Numbered from the stretch's first letter, positions 1 through 9,456 are shown. The stretch: 58,441 bases of DNA from a virus (IMGVR_UViG_3300017917_002605:110471-168911), one strand, 5' to 3'. Numbers and translations are program-made. The notes: generated by a model from the sequence alone, not told the origin.

Positions 1-2448
1 AGACACCACTGTTGTATTGTTGATTACCACAGGTTGTGCAGCATCAGCCACTTGTTTTCTCTGTTGAACACCTACATCATTTGATGCGCTTGCAACCATG
101 GCACCAGTTGGTGATTTTTGTGGTGGTGGTTGTGGAACAGGTTGTGATTTACCAGTTGATACATCAGATGCCTTACCGTCTTTACCTGCGACCAAAACTG
201 GTTGACCAGGATTAACCGGGTTATCCGGTGTTGGCATAGAACCTGTAGCTTGTACGTGCCAATCTTCATTAGGAATAGGTCTGGTCAAACCAAACTTTTC
301 CAACCATCCAGTTGGCCTATCACGTGGTCCTGCAAGAGCGTTGATACCAGCTTCACCTTTTGAATTGATATCGATGGCTTCACCAGTTAAGTGTTTGCTG
401 CCTTTGCCTTTACCCAAAGGAGGCATAGGTTCAGCAACCATCTTTCTTGCTGCAGCTTCATTGCCACCAACTTGAGCAAGTTTTGCATCCCACAATTCTT
501 TTTGTTTTTCATTACTGCGTACACCAGAAGTAACCATCAACTTCTTACCGGTTTCTGCCTGGAACGCAGCCGCCATTTTGGCAACTCTTTCTTCAAGTGT
601 AGATTTGAAACTTGAAATATCTACACCAGAATTTTGTTTTGTCACAACAGCGGAAAGTGCAGGTACTTTACCGGAAGCAACTTCTTCTTTCTTTGGTGTT
701 GTTGGTGCAGCTGCCACTTGTGTGGTTGGAGGTTTCACTGCTTGTGGTGCAACCTGGCCCATACCTTCACGAATCAAAGCAACAACAGTTTGTGCTCTAC
801 CTTTAACTTGTTTGTACCACTGACTGTCAGTTAATTCATCGGCAGCCTTTTGGAAATCTCCAGCGGCAAGTGCAGCAGCGGTATTCTTAAATTTCTTATA
901 CCATCCACCACCCATGTTGAATGCAAGGTCGATAAGTGCAGCACGACCTTTTTCATTTGCTTTGTCGTACCCTGGTGATTTCTCGGCCATCTTTTTGTGA
1001 TGTTCATAGTCTTTTGCAAACAGAGCATCAATCTCCTGCATTGTGAATTCTCTATCCCATTCTGGAGGCAAAGTTTTTCCATCACCAATCAGATGACCAA
1101 CACCGACAGTCCATAGTCCAAGTGAATCTTTGTATGGTCTTGTTCTTACACCTTCGTGTTTTTTAATCATGGCCATAATGGACTTGTCATCACCACTAAT
1201 TGAAGGCGCCTTAACTTCTTTTGTTGGTGCCTCAGGTTTTCCAGCAGGAGGTTGTTGCTTAGTTACTTTTTCTGCCTTCTGTTTTTCCATTGTCTCACGC
1301 ATTTCTGCGGCAGACACTTCACCCAATCCCATACGAGAACGAACAATTTCATCTCGACCGGTGTATTGTGCGGCCTTTTCTTGTTCCTCGGTACGTCTAA
1401 TTTCTTCTTCGGTGTATTTCGGATACATCGATTTGGCTTGTTCTGCCGTAGGACCACCTTGTCCACCACGGCCGCCACCGGCACCAACTTCTTTTTGTTT
1501 TGCAGCTGCCGCAGCATCAATTTGTTGTTGTACTGTTTTGCCGGCATCTTTTGCGTCAACATTTATTTGTGATTTGCCTGTGTCTTTAGGCATTTCTAAT
1601 TCTTTTGGTTTTTCCTCTTTTCGCTTTATAGGAATACCAAAGAAATCCATTACACTATAGAACTTGTCTGAGACAAACTTACCAACTTCACCAAAGAAAC
1701 TCTTGACTGATTCCCATAGTGGTTCCAAAAATTCACCAACCTTACCAATAGCCTTGGTCAGGTTTTCTAAAGTGAAAGTATCTTTAATCCAGTCTAAGAA
1801 TTCACCAGACTTTTCTTTAATTGTTTCCCAAAGTTTGCCGCCAACAATCCATTCGTCCCATGCGGAAACGATATCGTCCCATAGACCTTGAAAGAATTCG
1901 ATGAGATTCAATGCACCATACACCGCAAGAATCAAAACGTTGGGGTCAGCCAACATCTTAATGAGACTTGCCCACCAAGTTGTTTTGGTTTTCACACCTT
2001 TAGTGGTGTCTTTCCTTGCGGTTGGTTTTCCTGCTTTATCGACACGTTCTGGTGTACGTTTCTCTTTTTCTTTTTCACGTTGAACACCTAGTGCTTCTTC
2101 TCTCTCGCCAGCTTTTAGAAAATGTGCATCTGCACCCAAAGCAGGTTTCAATTCTTTTGCTTTGGTTATCTTAACAATGTTCTGACGAATAACGTTGAAA
2201 TCACGACTCATGCCTGCCATGGTCATGGAGTTTTTAGTCAGAATCGATAAGTCGGCCGATATATCGGACAGATGTTCTTTTTGGTCAGACAGTTGTTCAG
2301 GTTGTTGTGTAACCTTTTCAACCTTGGTTTCTTTTGCGGGTTTCTTGCTACCAAATACTTTTTCACCAACTGCACCAAGAAGACTTGTTTTCTGTGTCTT
2401 CTTTTTTGGACCAAATTCTTTTTTGATTGCGTCAAGTAGTTTTGCCAT
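1..2448 (-). CDS. Tape-measure/gp29-like tail protein with T4-type (GH24) lysozyme and M15 Zn-peptidase domains; 3' end runs off the window (>=816 aa; not in ORF track)
   Basis: Hand translation from ATG 2448 (TAATG overlap with the stop of 2448..5237): MAKLLDAIKKEFGPKKK..., open to base 1. Contains MIKKHEGVRTRPYKDSLGLWTVGVGHLIG (E-x8-D-x5-T triad at 1155/1128/1110) and TSGVRS...SKHLTGEAID...EDWH (H-x6-D at 393/372; ExxH at 267-256). Confidence 0.85.
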   Translation of the reverse strand, partial: MAKLLDAIKKEFGPKKKTQKTSLLGAVGEKVFGSKKPAKETKVEKVTQQPEQLSDQKEHLSDISADLSILTKNSMTMAGMSRDFNVIRQNIVKITKAKELKPALGADAHFLKAGEREEALGVQREKEKEKRTPERVDKAGKPTARKDTTKGVKTKTTWWASLIKMLADPNVLILAVYGALNLIEFFQGLWDDIVSAWDEWIVGGKLWETIKEKSGEFLDWIKDTFTLENLTKAIGKVGEFLEPLWESVKSFFGEVGKFVSDKFYSVMDFFGIPIKRKEEKPKELEMPKDTGKSQINVDAKDAGKTVQQQIDAAAAAKQKEVGAGGGRGGQGGPTAEQAKSMYPKYTEEEIRRTEEQEKAAQYTGRDEIVRSRMGLGEVSAAEMRETMEKQKAEKVTKQQPPAGKPEAPTKEVKAPSISGDDKSIMAMIKKHEGVRTRPYKDSLGLWTVGVGHLIGDGKTLPPEWDREFTMQEIDALFAKDYEHHKKMAEKSPGYDKANEKGRAALIDLAFNMGGGWYKKFKNTAAALAAGDFQKAADELTDSQWYKQVKGRAQTVVALIREGMGQVAPQAVKPPTTQVAAAPTTPKKEEVASGKVPALSAVVTKQNSGVDISSFKSTLEERVAKMAAAFQAETGKKLMVTSGVRSNEKQKELWDAKLAQVGGNEAAARKMVAEPMPPLGKGKGSKHLTGEAIDINSKGEAGINALAGPRDRPTGWLEKFGLTRPIPNEDWHVQATGSMPTPDNPVNPGQPVLVAGKDGKASDVSTGKSQPVPQPPPQKSPTGAMVASASNDVGVQQRKQVADAAQPVVINNTTVVS

Positions 2449-5237
2449 TATGCCATCACCATTTCAGCAAACACTTCATCAACAACGCTAGCAGTTTCTT
2501 TCTTATCATCTGTTGTTGCGGTGTTGTTAGATGTACTTGAGTTGTTATTGATAACTGTTGGTTCGTTAGCAGACATTTCTAGTCTTTGTTGTTCAGCAAC
2601 TTCAGCAGACGCCAAGGACAAATCAGAACCAGAAGTTGTCGAACTTGAAGGTTCGGAAACAGTTGATGGTGTTGCCGCAAGACTTGCCGCTGACGAACTT
2701 GCCCCACCGCCTGAAGTTGCCGAAGGTGCAGCAGAAGTAGATGATTCACCACCAGAAGGAATTATTGCCGCAGACTCTGGAACAGCGCTAGGAGAAGTTG
2801 CCGAGGTGGATGATGCGCCACCACCTTCTGTGAAGATACTTTTAGCATCCGTATCTGATAGGGAAGCCACCAGTGATGGTGCCTGGTCCATGCCCATGCC
2901 GGCGGCAACTTTACCGAAAGTCTTTAATTGTTCCGCAGGAGTTTTTGCGGCACCCATTTCTGCACCGGCAGATTCCATTGCTTGTCTTGTTGGACCACCT
3001 GTACCCATACCAAAAAGTTTCGTCAGTCTGTCATTAAGATTTGCAGCTGCGCCTTTTTGTTCTGGTGTTTGTGCTACCTGTTGTTCCAATTCTTTAGAAA
3101 TGGTATTCACAGGCACAGGTTTTTCACCGGCCTTTGCCAATGTTTGAACACGCATTCTTTCGAAGTCACCAGCAGCAATCAGAGCAGTTGTGATATCGTT
3201 ATCCATTTCTGCAATCTTTTCTGGTGGTGCACCGTCAGCAATTGCTTTCTCTTTTGCTTTTTTAATTTTTCTAACAAGACTTATGGTTTCATCACGTTTC
3301 TTTTCATAGTAAGATGCTTGTTCAACCAAAGACTTGTCTTTTTCACCAACAAGGTCCATCTTTGTTGGCATCTTTTGGTCTGCTGCCGCAACAGCTTCTG
3401 TAGATTGTTTTGTTGGTGTTTGTTCTTGTTCTTTACCAATATCTGCTGGTGTTGCCGGTGTTGTTTTCTCTGGTTTAGATTCTGTCGATTCTTTTTTGGT
3501 GGCCGCATCCATTGCTTTATCAGCAGCTGCCGAAGGAGAAACTTCTTTCTTCTCTGGTTGTGCAGAAACTTCAGGTGCCGCAGATTTTGGATTAGATTTG
3601 AATGGATACCAAGGACCAATACTTCCTAATTCCCATGGTCCTTTCTTAACTTCCATGCCATCAAAGATGGTTATTCTTTTGCCACCCAACAAAGCAGGCA
3701 AATCAACTGAAATTGCTGGTATAGTAAAACCTATTGCGGGTATTGTTGGCAGTTTTATTTCAGGAATACCAACGTTGTTCACCACCCAATCTTTAATTGT
3801 GGTAACAACTTTACTGATACTATCAATCACAGGGTTGATGTACTCACCAACCGTATTGAACAGTGTTCTTATTGATTCTTTATCGAATAAACCAAAGGTT
3901 AGGAAATCAACAATACCACCAAGGCCTGCAATGATTGCTTCTTTTAGGTCTCCCGTTTCTTGCCATGCTTTCCATCCGTCAATCAGACCATTGACCAACG
4001 AGGCAACCAATGTACCAATAACGAATACTTTACCTAAAACTTTTAGTAGGTTGGATGGTTTAAAGATGAATCGTAAAGCTTTGAATAGACCATCTTTCAC
4101 CCAATTGATAATGGTACCAATGAAGTCTTTGATGTTGAAACCACCACCATCAGAAGATTTTTCTGAACCTTTAATTGGTGATGTGTTTGATTTTTCTTTA
4201 CTCTTTAATTTTGCACGTTCAGCTTCTAACGCAGCTTCACGTTCATCCGCCTTCAAGAAATACATGTCGGCACCGGTCGCAGCTTTCTTAGAATCGTCTT
4301 TGCCTTCGACCTTGCTTTTGCCTTTCTCTAATACACTGTTGGTAATTTTGATTACGTTCTGACGAATGACATTAATATCTCTGCTCATTCCAGCCCAAGT
4401 CATTGAGTTCTTGGCTAAAATGGAAATGTCATTTCTAATGTCACCTAATTCTTCACCACCGATGCCTTCAGGTGCAGGCGAAACAGAACTGGTCATATCG
4501 CCAGGTTGTTTTAGTGCATTGTATCCTTTACCGAATACTTTCTCACCAACAGCGCCCATCAGTCCAGAACCAAATGCGTTTCTTGGGTCCAGTTTTTCTT
4601 TTAGTCGTTCTTTTGTTGCAACTGCTATACCACCAAAAGTGCCGGCGCCTTCATCGGTTGCTTTTCTATACAGTTGTGCAAGTCTGGTTCCTGAACCGTA
4701 ATCTTTTCTACCAGAAGAAACGTCAGCGCCAGATTTAACACGGTCACTTTCTTTTTTCTGCTTTTGTTCCTCATTCTTTACAGTCTGAGGTTCTTCTGTT
4801 GGTTCAGGTGCAGTTGATTTTTGTTTTTCACGTTCAATCTTTTCTTTACGTGCTTCTAGTGCGGAACCACGTAGCGGTTTACCTATTTTGTCAAGGTATT
4901 CCGGTGGAACAACTTCTTCTGGCACAGGTTCCTGTTTTACAAGTTCCAATGCCTTCGATGTTACTGCTTTTTCAGCAGCATCAAATGCGGCCATTTCTTG
5001 AGGCGTTGTACCTAAGATATCCGCTTCAGATTTTTGAACTAATGCTTGTTGTTCTGCTTCCGTTACTTCTTCTTTAGGAGAAAGTAGAGCATTCAGTTTT
5101 TCAGCAATTTCTTTCTTTGCAGAACGACCGGCTTTTCCTGTTTTAGGATTAACTACCGCCCATGCGGCACCCATCCAACGATATGTGGTGCCTTCAAAGG
5201 TCACTTCAGCGTTTAGTTCTGGTTTAAAATCTGCCAT
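2448..5237 (-). CDS. Tape-measure/baseplate hub gp29-like protein (929 aa)
   Basis: Long Ala/Lys/Glu/Ser-rich ORF with a Trp/Phe amphipathic segment (FIGTIINWVKDGLFKALRFIF...DGWKAWQETG); lies downstream of gp26/gp51; paralogous to 1..2448. Confidence 0.65.
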   Translation of the reverse strand: MADFKPELNAEVTFEGTTYRWMGAAWAVVNPKTGKAGRSAKKEIAEKLNALLSPKEEVTEAEQQALVQKSEADILGTTPQEMAAFDAAEKAVTSKALELVKQEPVPEEVVPPEYLDKIGKPLRGSALEARKEKIEREKQKSTAPEPTEEPQTVKNEEQKQKKESDRVKSGADVSSGRKDYGSGTRLAQLYRKATDEGAGTFGGIAVATKERLKEKLDPRNAFGSGLMGAVGEKVFGKGYNALKQPGDMTSSVSPAPEGIGGEELGDIRNDISILAKNSMTWAGMSRDINVIRQNVIKITNSVLEKGKSKVEGKDDSKKAATGADMYFLKADEREAALEAERAKLKSKEKSNTSPIKGSEKSSDGGGFNIKDFIGTIINWVKDGLFKALRFIFKPSNLLKVLGKVFVIGTLVASLVNGLIDGWKAWQETGDLKEAIIAGLGGIVDFLTFGLFDKESIRTLFNTVGEYINPVIDSISKVVTTIKDWVVNNVGIPEIKLPTIPAIGFTIPAISVDLPALLGGKRITIFDGMEVKKGPWELGSIGPWYPFKSNPKSAAPEVSAQPEKKEVSPSAAADKAMDAATKKESTESKPEKTTPATPADIGKEQEQTPTKQSTEAVAAADQKMPTKMDLVGEKDKSLVEQASYYEKKRDETISLVRKIKKAKEKAIADGAPPEKIAEMDNDITTALIAAGDFERMRVQTLAKAGEKPVPVNTISKELEQQVAQTPEQKGAAANLNDRLTKLFGMGTGGPTRQAMESAGAEMGAAKTPAEQLKTFGKVAAGMGMDQAPSLVASLSDTDAKSIFTEGGGASSTSATSPSAVPESAAIIPSGGESSTSAAPSATSGGGASSSAASLAATPSTVSEPSSSTTSGSDLSLASAEVAEQQRLEMSANEPTVINNNSSTSNNTATTDDKKETASVVDEVFAEMVMA

Positions 5238-5383
5238 TATCGTCTAGACTTTGCTGTTTGTTTTTGTAACTGAATTCTCTCTTTTTCTTCCTGAAGATAT
5301 TTCACTAATAACTCTATGTAAATTGTACGTTCCCAAGGTAACATATTTTCCAATTCTGTCAGACTATACTTGTGATGTTGCAT
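5237..5383 (-). CDS. gp51: gp51-like baseplate hub assembly protein (48 aa from ATG; probably made as a -1 frameshift extension of gp26)
   Basis: Hand translation MQHHKYSLTELENMLPWERTIYIELLVKYLQEEKERIQLQKQTAKSRR*; the M.PWER motif is typical of the short gp51 of T4-like phages; frame is open upstream to 5458 with no SD before the ATG. Confidence 0.8.
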   Translation of the reverse strand: MQHHKYSLTELENMLPWERTIYIELLVKYLQEEKERIQLQKQTAKSRR

Positions 5384-5433
5384 CAGAGCAAAATTGGTTT
5401 GATAGTAATTACTCAGAGTATCATAACGGAAGC

Positions 5434-6168
5434 TTATACGAAAAAATTTTGCAGTCCTTTAATTGTAATCTTTTCTTCATAACCACACTTTGGACACTTG
5501 AACGGAACGTCTGCCTTAATTTCAGGCATAGTGTCAAAAAATTGTTTGATTTTCTCCAAGTCTTTTTGTTGGAGACTATCAATGAATTCTTCTAGTTCTT
5601 CACGTGTGTTGTCTTTTGCATAGTAAATGTTATCACTGTCATACACGTAGTCCAAACAATCAATTAGAACGTTCAAAAGAATCTCATCTTCTGTCTTGTT
5701 CTCATATTTTTCTGCCATTTCAAATGTTGGGTATTTTAAAACAATACCTAGATTTGGTGTCAGTTGAATCTTGTTTGTGTGTTCAGGATTCATCGTTGGT
5801 TCAATCTTTGTCAGATTCAAATCATATTCAAAGATACCAATACATTTCTTTTCTTCACCAGTTTCTTCATCTTTAACGTTGTTGTTGCACTTATAACGCA
5901 TTTCAACAACTTCTTCAACAGACCTTGCACGTAGATTCATAAACAAGTATTCAAGGTCAAAAGTTGGAAGACTTTCGATATTGATATCATCCAGAATACA
6001 GTTCTTTAGAACCTGACGAATGGTTTGAATCGTTTCTTTGGTGTCATCTGATTGTGACGCCATCATAAACAACTTTTGTTCCTTTACTAAGAAAGGACGG
6101 AATTTAATTTTCTTCTTGTTTGAAGGCAAGGTCACTTCATACACAGGCACATCAAGTTTAGGTAACAT
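5434..6168 (-). CDS. gp26: Baseplate hub subunit / assembly chaperone gp26
   Basis: N-terminus LPKLDVPVYEVTLPS...KFRPFLVKEQK, LRARSVEE, C-terminal CPKCG; characteristic of the gp26 family. Confidence 0.85.
   Translation of the reverse strand: MLPKLDVPVYEVTLPSNKKKIKFRPFLVKEQKLFMMASQSDDTKETIQTIRQVLKNCILDDINIESLPTFDLEYLFMNLRARSVEEVVEMRYKCNNNVKDEETGEEKKCIGIFEYDLNLTKIEPTMNPEHTNKIQLTPNLGIVLKYPTFEMAEKYENKTEDEILLNVLIDCLDYVYDSDNIYYAKDNTREELEEFIDSLQQKDLEKIKQFFDTMPEIKADVPFKCPKCGYEEKITIKGLQNFFV
5440..5446 (-). other. Candidate -1 programmed frameshift heptamer T TTT TTC
   Basis: gp26 ends CAA AAT TTT TTC GTA TAA; -1 slip gives TTT TTT CGT ATA AGC TTC..., in frame with gp51. Confidence 0.65.
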
Positions 6169-6184
6169 AATTTCTCCAAATTAA

Positions 6185-6979
6185 TTAAAATAATATTCTA
6201 TTGAATGCACGACCAACGGTACCACCGATGGTGTTTCCAAACAACTGAGAACCTTTCGATAGTAGATTGTTGGCAATAGAACCTCCAAAGATAGAAGTTG
6301 CTGCGGCACCCAAATCGTATCCACCTTTGTAAACCACTTTATAATTGGTATACGCAAATGATATAGACAAACGATGGAAACCTTCTTCACCCCAACTCAA
6401 TGGTTGAGGAGAGATACCTACTGGAAAAGCTTCAATTAATTCCACAGCATAAATTTGTTTGATAAACTCATCATACTGAATAATCTTAATATTAGTTAGG
6501 TAACGGGTTTCGTTATCTGCTGGAAATCTAACGTTCCAGGTATCGGATGGGTGAATGCATTCCATCCATTGGTCAAACAATTTTCTTTCGTAAAATTCAT
6601 TGGTACACAAGAACGTAAGATTGATATCGTTGAATTGTGACGCATATGGAATTTTACTGATTGGTCCGTAAATTTTACGGTCAGCAGTCTGTAGTGTTCT
6701 ACCAGGCAATTCAGCAGCTTCACACTGTAATGCCAAATAACGTGACATTGCAGGATTGGAAGATGTAGATGCTGGATTTGCACCTAATCCACCAAAGATG
6801 GAGTTGGTAATATCTGTAACTGCGCCAGTCACGGAACCAATGATGTTGTCGATAACTGAGTTTCCAACAAATTTGTTTACTGCCGATGGAATGGGCAAGA
6901 CCACCTCAAAACGGTTGTTTTTGGCAAAACCGTCTTTGATTTTGGCATTAGCCAAGAATTCATTTGGTGAAAATGGCAT
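6185..6979 (-). CDS. gp54: Baseplate tail-tube initiator gp54-like (gp19 fold); likely start ATG 6979 (MPFSPNEF)
   Basis: FAKNNRFEV, LQCEAAELPGRTL, YGPISKIPY, F...FDQWME and final 'LSISFAY' pattern of the T4 gp19/gp54 family; TAATG coupling to gp2 fixes the start (ORF-track start 7066 overlaps gp2). Confidence 0.75.
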   Translation of the reverse strand: MPFSPNEFLANAKIKDGFAKNNRFEVVLPIPSAVNKFVGNSVIDNIIGSVTGAVTDITNSIFGGLGANPASTSSNPAMSRYLALQCEAAELPGRTLQTADRKIYGPISKIPYASQFNDINLTFLCTNEFYERKLFDQWMECIHPSDTWNVRFPADNETRYLTNIKIIQYDEFIKQIYAVELIEAFPVGISPQPLSWGEEGFHRLSISFAYTNYKVVYKGGYDLGAAATSIFGGSIANNLLSKGSQLFGNTIGGTVGRAFNRILF

Positions 6980-7575
6980 TAGAATTTTTTCCTTGAATCT
7001 GACCAAACTCTGCTTGCACTGGCACCAGAGAAGTTGTGTACAGGTAATAAAGCCGCAATATCCCACTCACTTGCATCTATTTCCACAAAACGTGACTGTA
7101 TGTGAGAATATAGATATCTTTTGATGCAGGCCTGCAACTCATAGACCTTAGAAGCGGAGGCTAACAATTGATAACTTAAACGTAATCTTGTCGTTGAATC
7201 GTATTTGGAATTGTTGGCGTACTCACTCAATTTGTTCAAAAGAATAATTCTGTCTTTAGGATGAATGTAGTGTAAGTTTAAACCTAAAAATCCATTTGGA
7301 TACATTTCGATTGGTATCACTAAAGGGAATCGGTCAAAATACGGCAAAACATCTTTGTATTTTGCATCATATACGAAATAAAACATTCTACCAATGGCAT
7401 TTGCATCGACCTTAGTGCCATCCAATCTGGACTTGTCAGACAACAGATTTTTACGTGCGTTTGCCTGTCCAATGTTTTTAAATTTTTGAATGAGCCAATC
7501 TCTGGACTTGGCACTTCTAGGTGCAAATCCTTCTTTGGATAGTTGTTCTTGAATACGGTCTATTAGATACGGCAT
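6979..7575 (-). CDS. gp2: DNA end protector protein gp2
   Basis: GRMFYFVYDAKYKDVLPYFDRFPLV and GFLGLNLHY motifs. Confidence 0.9.
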   Translation of the reverse strand: MPYLIDRIQEQLSKEGFAPRSAKSRDWLIQKFKNIGQANARKNLLSDKSRLDGTKVDANAIGRMFYFVYDAKYKDVLPYFDRFPLVIPIEMYPNGFLGLNLHYIHPKDRIILLNKLSEYANNSKYDSTTRLRLSYQLLASASKVYELQACIKRYLYSHIQSRFVEIDASEWDIAALLPVHNFSGASASRVWSDSRKKF

Positions 7576-7581
7576 ATGTTC

Positions 7582-7589
7582 TATTTATC
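7582..7589 (-). promoter_or_regulatory. T4-type late promoter (GATAAATA)
   Basis: Variant of TATAAATA just upstream of the gp2 ATG. Confidence 0.6.
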
Positions 7590-7646
7590 TCACCATCTTA
7601 ACCTGGTTTTTAACTATCGGACTGTATAAGTATTGGTGTTCCGGTT

Positions 7647-8096
7647 TCAAGTTAATCCAAGTTCATCTTCAGTGATGATTTGAAACTTCCATCCATGTTC
7701 CTGACAGAATTCGTCAGCGGCTTTCCATTTCATCTGATTCACGGCGTAAGTTGCCGCTTCCTCTAGAAACCTCTTTGTTTTTCTCTTTTGTGTTGGTTTC
7801 TGAGTCTGTTTCTTTGGTTTGACCTCAATTACGTAGGTCATCACAGTACCATCTTTCCTTTTCATCTTTGCAACAAAGTCGGGAAAGTATCTGTGTTTTC
7901 GTCCATCCACAGGCGATATATACGGGATTACCAATTCTTCACTTGCCCACCATAGAACGGATGGGTCACGGTCGAAGTGTTTCATCAATTTAAGTTCCCA
8001 TGAGGAACGGTAGATGATGTTTTTCGCATCACCCTTATACTTAGAGGGGTTTGTGGGAGTAAATATTCCCTTGTACGTTTTATTGCCGAAAGACAT
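7647..8096 (-). CDS. gp4: Head completion nuclease gp4 (TnsA-N-like)
   Basis: NPSKYKGD, YRSSWE, WWASEE, HRYFPDF, IEVKP motifs. Confidence 0.92.
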   Translation of the reverse strand: MSFGNKTYKGIFTPTNPSKYKGDAKNIIYRSSWELKLMKHFDRDPSVLWWASEELVIPYISPVDGRKHRYFPDFVAKMKRKDGTVMTYVIEVKPKKQTQKPTQKRKTKRFLEEAATYAVNQMKWKAADEFCQEHGWKFQIITEDELGLT

Positions 8097-8103
8097 ATAA
8101 ATA
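8096..8103 (+). promoter_or_regulatory. T4 late promoter TATAAATA
   Basis: Exact consensus at the strand switch, upstream of gp48. Confidence 0.75.
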
Positions 8104-8127
8104 TGTATAAATTTCTACAGGAAAAAC

Positions 8128-9456
8128 ATGGCACTTTTCTCTCTAACAGACATTAGTTTTGGTTCCAAAAACAGTGTATTGAGTGGTCCTTTATCAGCAC
8201 TATTTCAATCTCCGTTCAGTACCTCGTCTTTACGATATCCAATTGACGTTGGTAGTTACGATAAGGGACACTATATGTTGTTCCATATTAACGTACAGAA
8301 GAAAACCGCATTTGACGGTATCGACAAGTACAACGGCGCTGATGCTCTAAATCTGATGGCAAACGCCGATATTCTTTCATCAATTAAAGGTCAATTGTCG
8401 GCACCAGGTTCCATCGGTGGAATGATTGGTGAGGTTAGTTCTGCAATCTCTAACGGTATTTCTGCTGCTACTAATGCTGTGAGTAAAGCTGTCAATGAGG
8501 TGGTTGGTGGAATTAAAAGTGGTATCAACGACCTAACGAATTCATTAGGCCTAGGTAATTTAGGCATCGGCAAGGCAATCGATAAGTTTAGTTTGGGAAT
8601 GCAATTTGGTTCTTCTACACCGGTCAACACAAGTCCTTTGCGTACCACAAAAAGAACCGCAACAACAATTGCATTGTACATGCCAGATACGTTGGTATTT
8701 AACTATTCACACGGTTTTGATACACCTTCCATGACAGAGGCAATGGGTGGTATTGGTCAAGCAGGCCAGGCCGCAAAATCAGTTTATGATGCCGTAAAGA
8801 ATGCACCAGAAGGACAAAAGGTTTCTTCTGCTAAAGAAAACTTAAAACCATTTGCAACAGAAGCTGCTGGTGGCCTTGCAGGTAAATTGATGGCCGCTGG
8901 TGGTGGTAATTCCGAATCTACCAAAAAGATTATCATGGCTTCACAGGGTATTGTGACCAACCCACAACTTGAAGTCATTTACTCAACAACAAACCTAAGA
9001 CAATTCTCATTTGAATTCATGTTCTATCCTCGTTCACAAGCCGAGGCAAAACAAGTAATGAGCATCATTGAAGAATTTAGATTTCATGCTGCACCTGAAC
9101 TAGATGGTTCTGGTGGTGGACGTTATTTGATTCCACCATCAGAATTTGACATTGAGTTTCATATGAACGGTGCACCAAACCCTAACATTCCTAAAATTTC
9201 AACTTGTGTGTTGACTGCAATTGATTTGGATTATGCACCAAATGGATGGTCAGCATATGAAGTTCCAGGACAAGTCAGGGCACAAACTGGCGGCTCAGGT
9301 ACACCTACCGCTGTTCGTATGACACTACAGTTCCAGGAAACTCAGATGATTACAAAAGAAATGATTCGTCCAAACTACAGAAGCGAGGGCAATCCAAGAA
9401 GTGTTCTGGAACAATTCATGGGTGCAGGTTCTCGCAAAAACGATGGTGGTTACTAA
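8128..9456 (+). CDS. gp48: Baseplate tail-tube cap gp48
   Basis: LRYP.D, IALYMP, NPQLEVIY...LRQFSFEFMFYPRS..EA, PNIPKISTCVL, MTLQFQE motifs. Confidence 0.85.
   Translation: MALFSLTDISFGSKNSVLSGPLSALFQSPFSTSSLRYPIDVGSYDKGHYMLFHINVQKKTAFDGIDKYNGADALNLMANADILSSIKGQLSAPGSIGGMIGEVSSAISNGISAATNAVSKAVNEVVGGIKSGINDLTNSLGLGNLGIGKAIDKFSLGMQFGSSTPVNTSPLRTTKRTATTIALYMPDTLVFNYSHGFDTPSMTEAMGGIGQAGQAAKSVYDAVKNAPEGQKVSSAKENLKPFATEAAGGLAGKLMAAGGGNSESTKKIIMASQGIVTNPQLEVIYSTTNLRQFSFEFMFYPRSQAEAKQVMSIIEEFRFHAAPELDGSGGGRYLIPPSEFDIEFHMNGAPNPNIPKISTCVLTAIDLDYAPNGWSAYEVPGQVRAQTGGSGTPTAVRMTLQFQETQMITKEMIRPNYRSEGNPRSVLEQFMGAGSRKNDGGY

Noticed and set aside
391-5077. Long plus-strand ORFs (1130..1660, 2521..3147, 2928..3629, 3334..4362 and others)
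   Set aside because: They are antisense shadows of the two minus-strand tail genes; no SD, no motifs, and composition mirrors the real frame.
5251-5595. Plus-strand 114-aa ORF
   Set aside because: Antisense to gp51/gp26, which have recognisable motifs.
6980-7066. Extended N-terminus of the gp54-like ORF in the track
   Set aside because: Overlaps gp2; the TAATG coupling at 6979 gives the more plausible start.
7621-7650. Possible sigma70 promoter (TTGAAA...TATACA/TACAGT) between gp4 and gp2
   Set aside because: The -10 match is weak and the spacing is non-optimal; the late promoter at 7582 explains gp2 expression.
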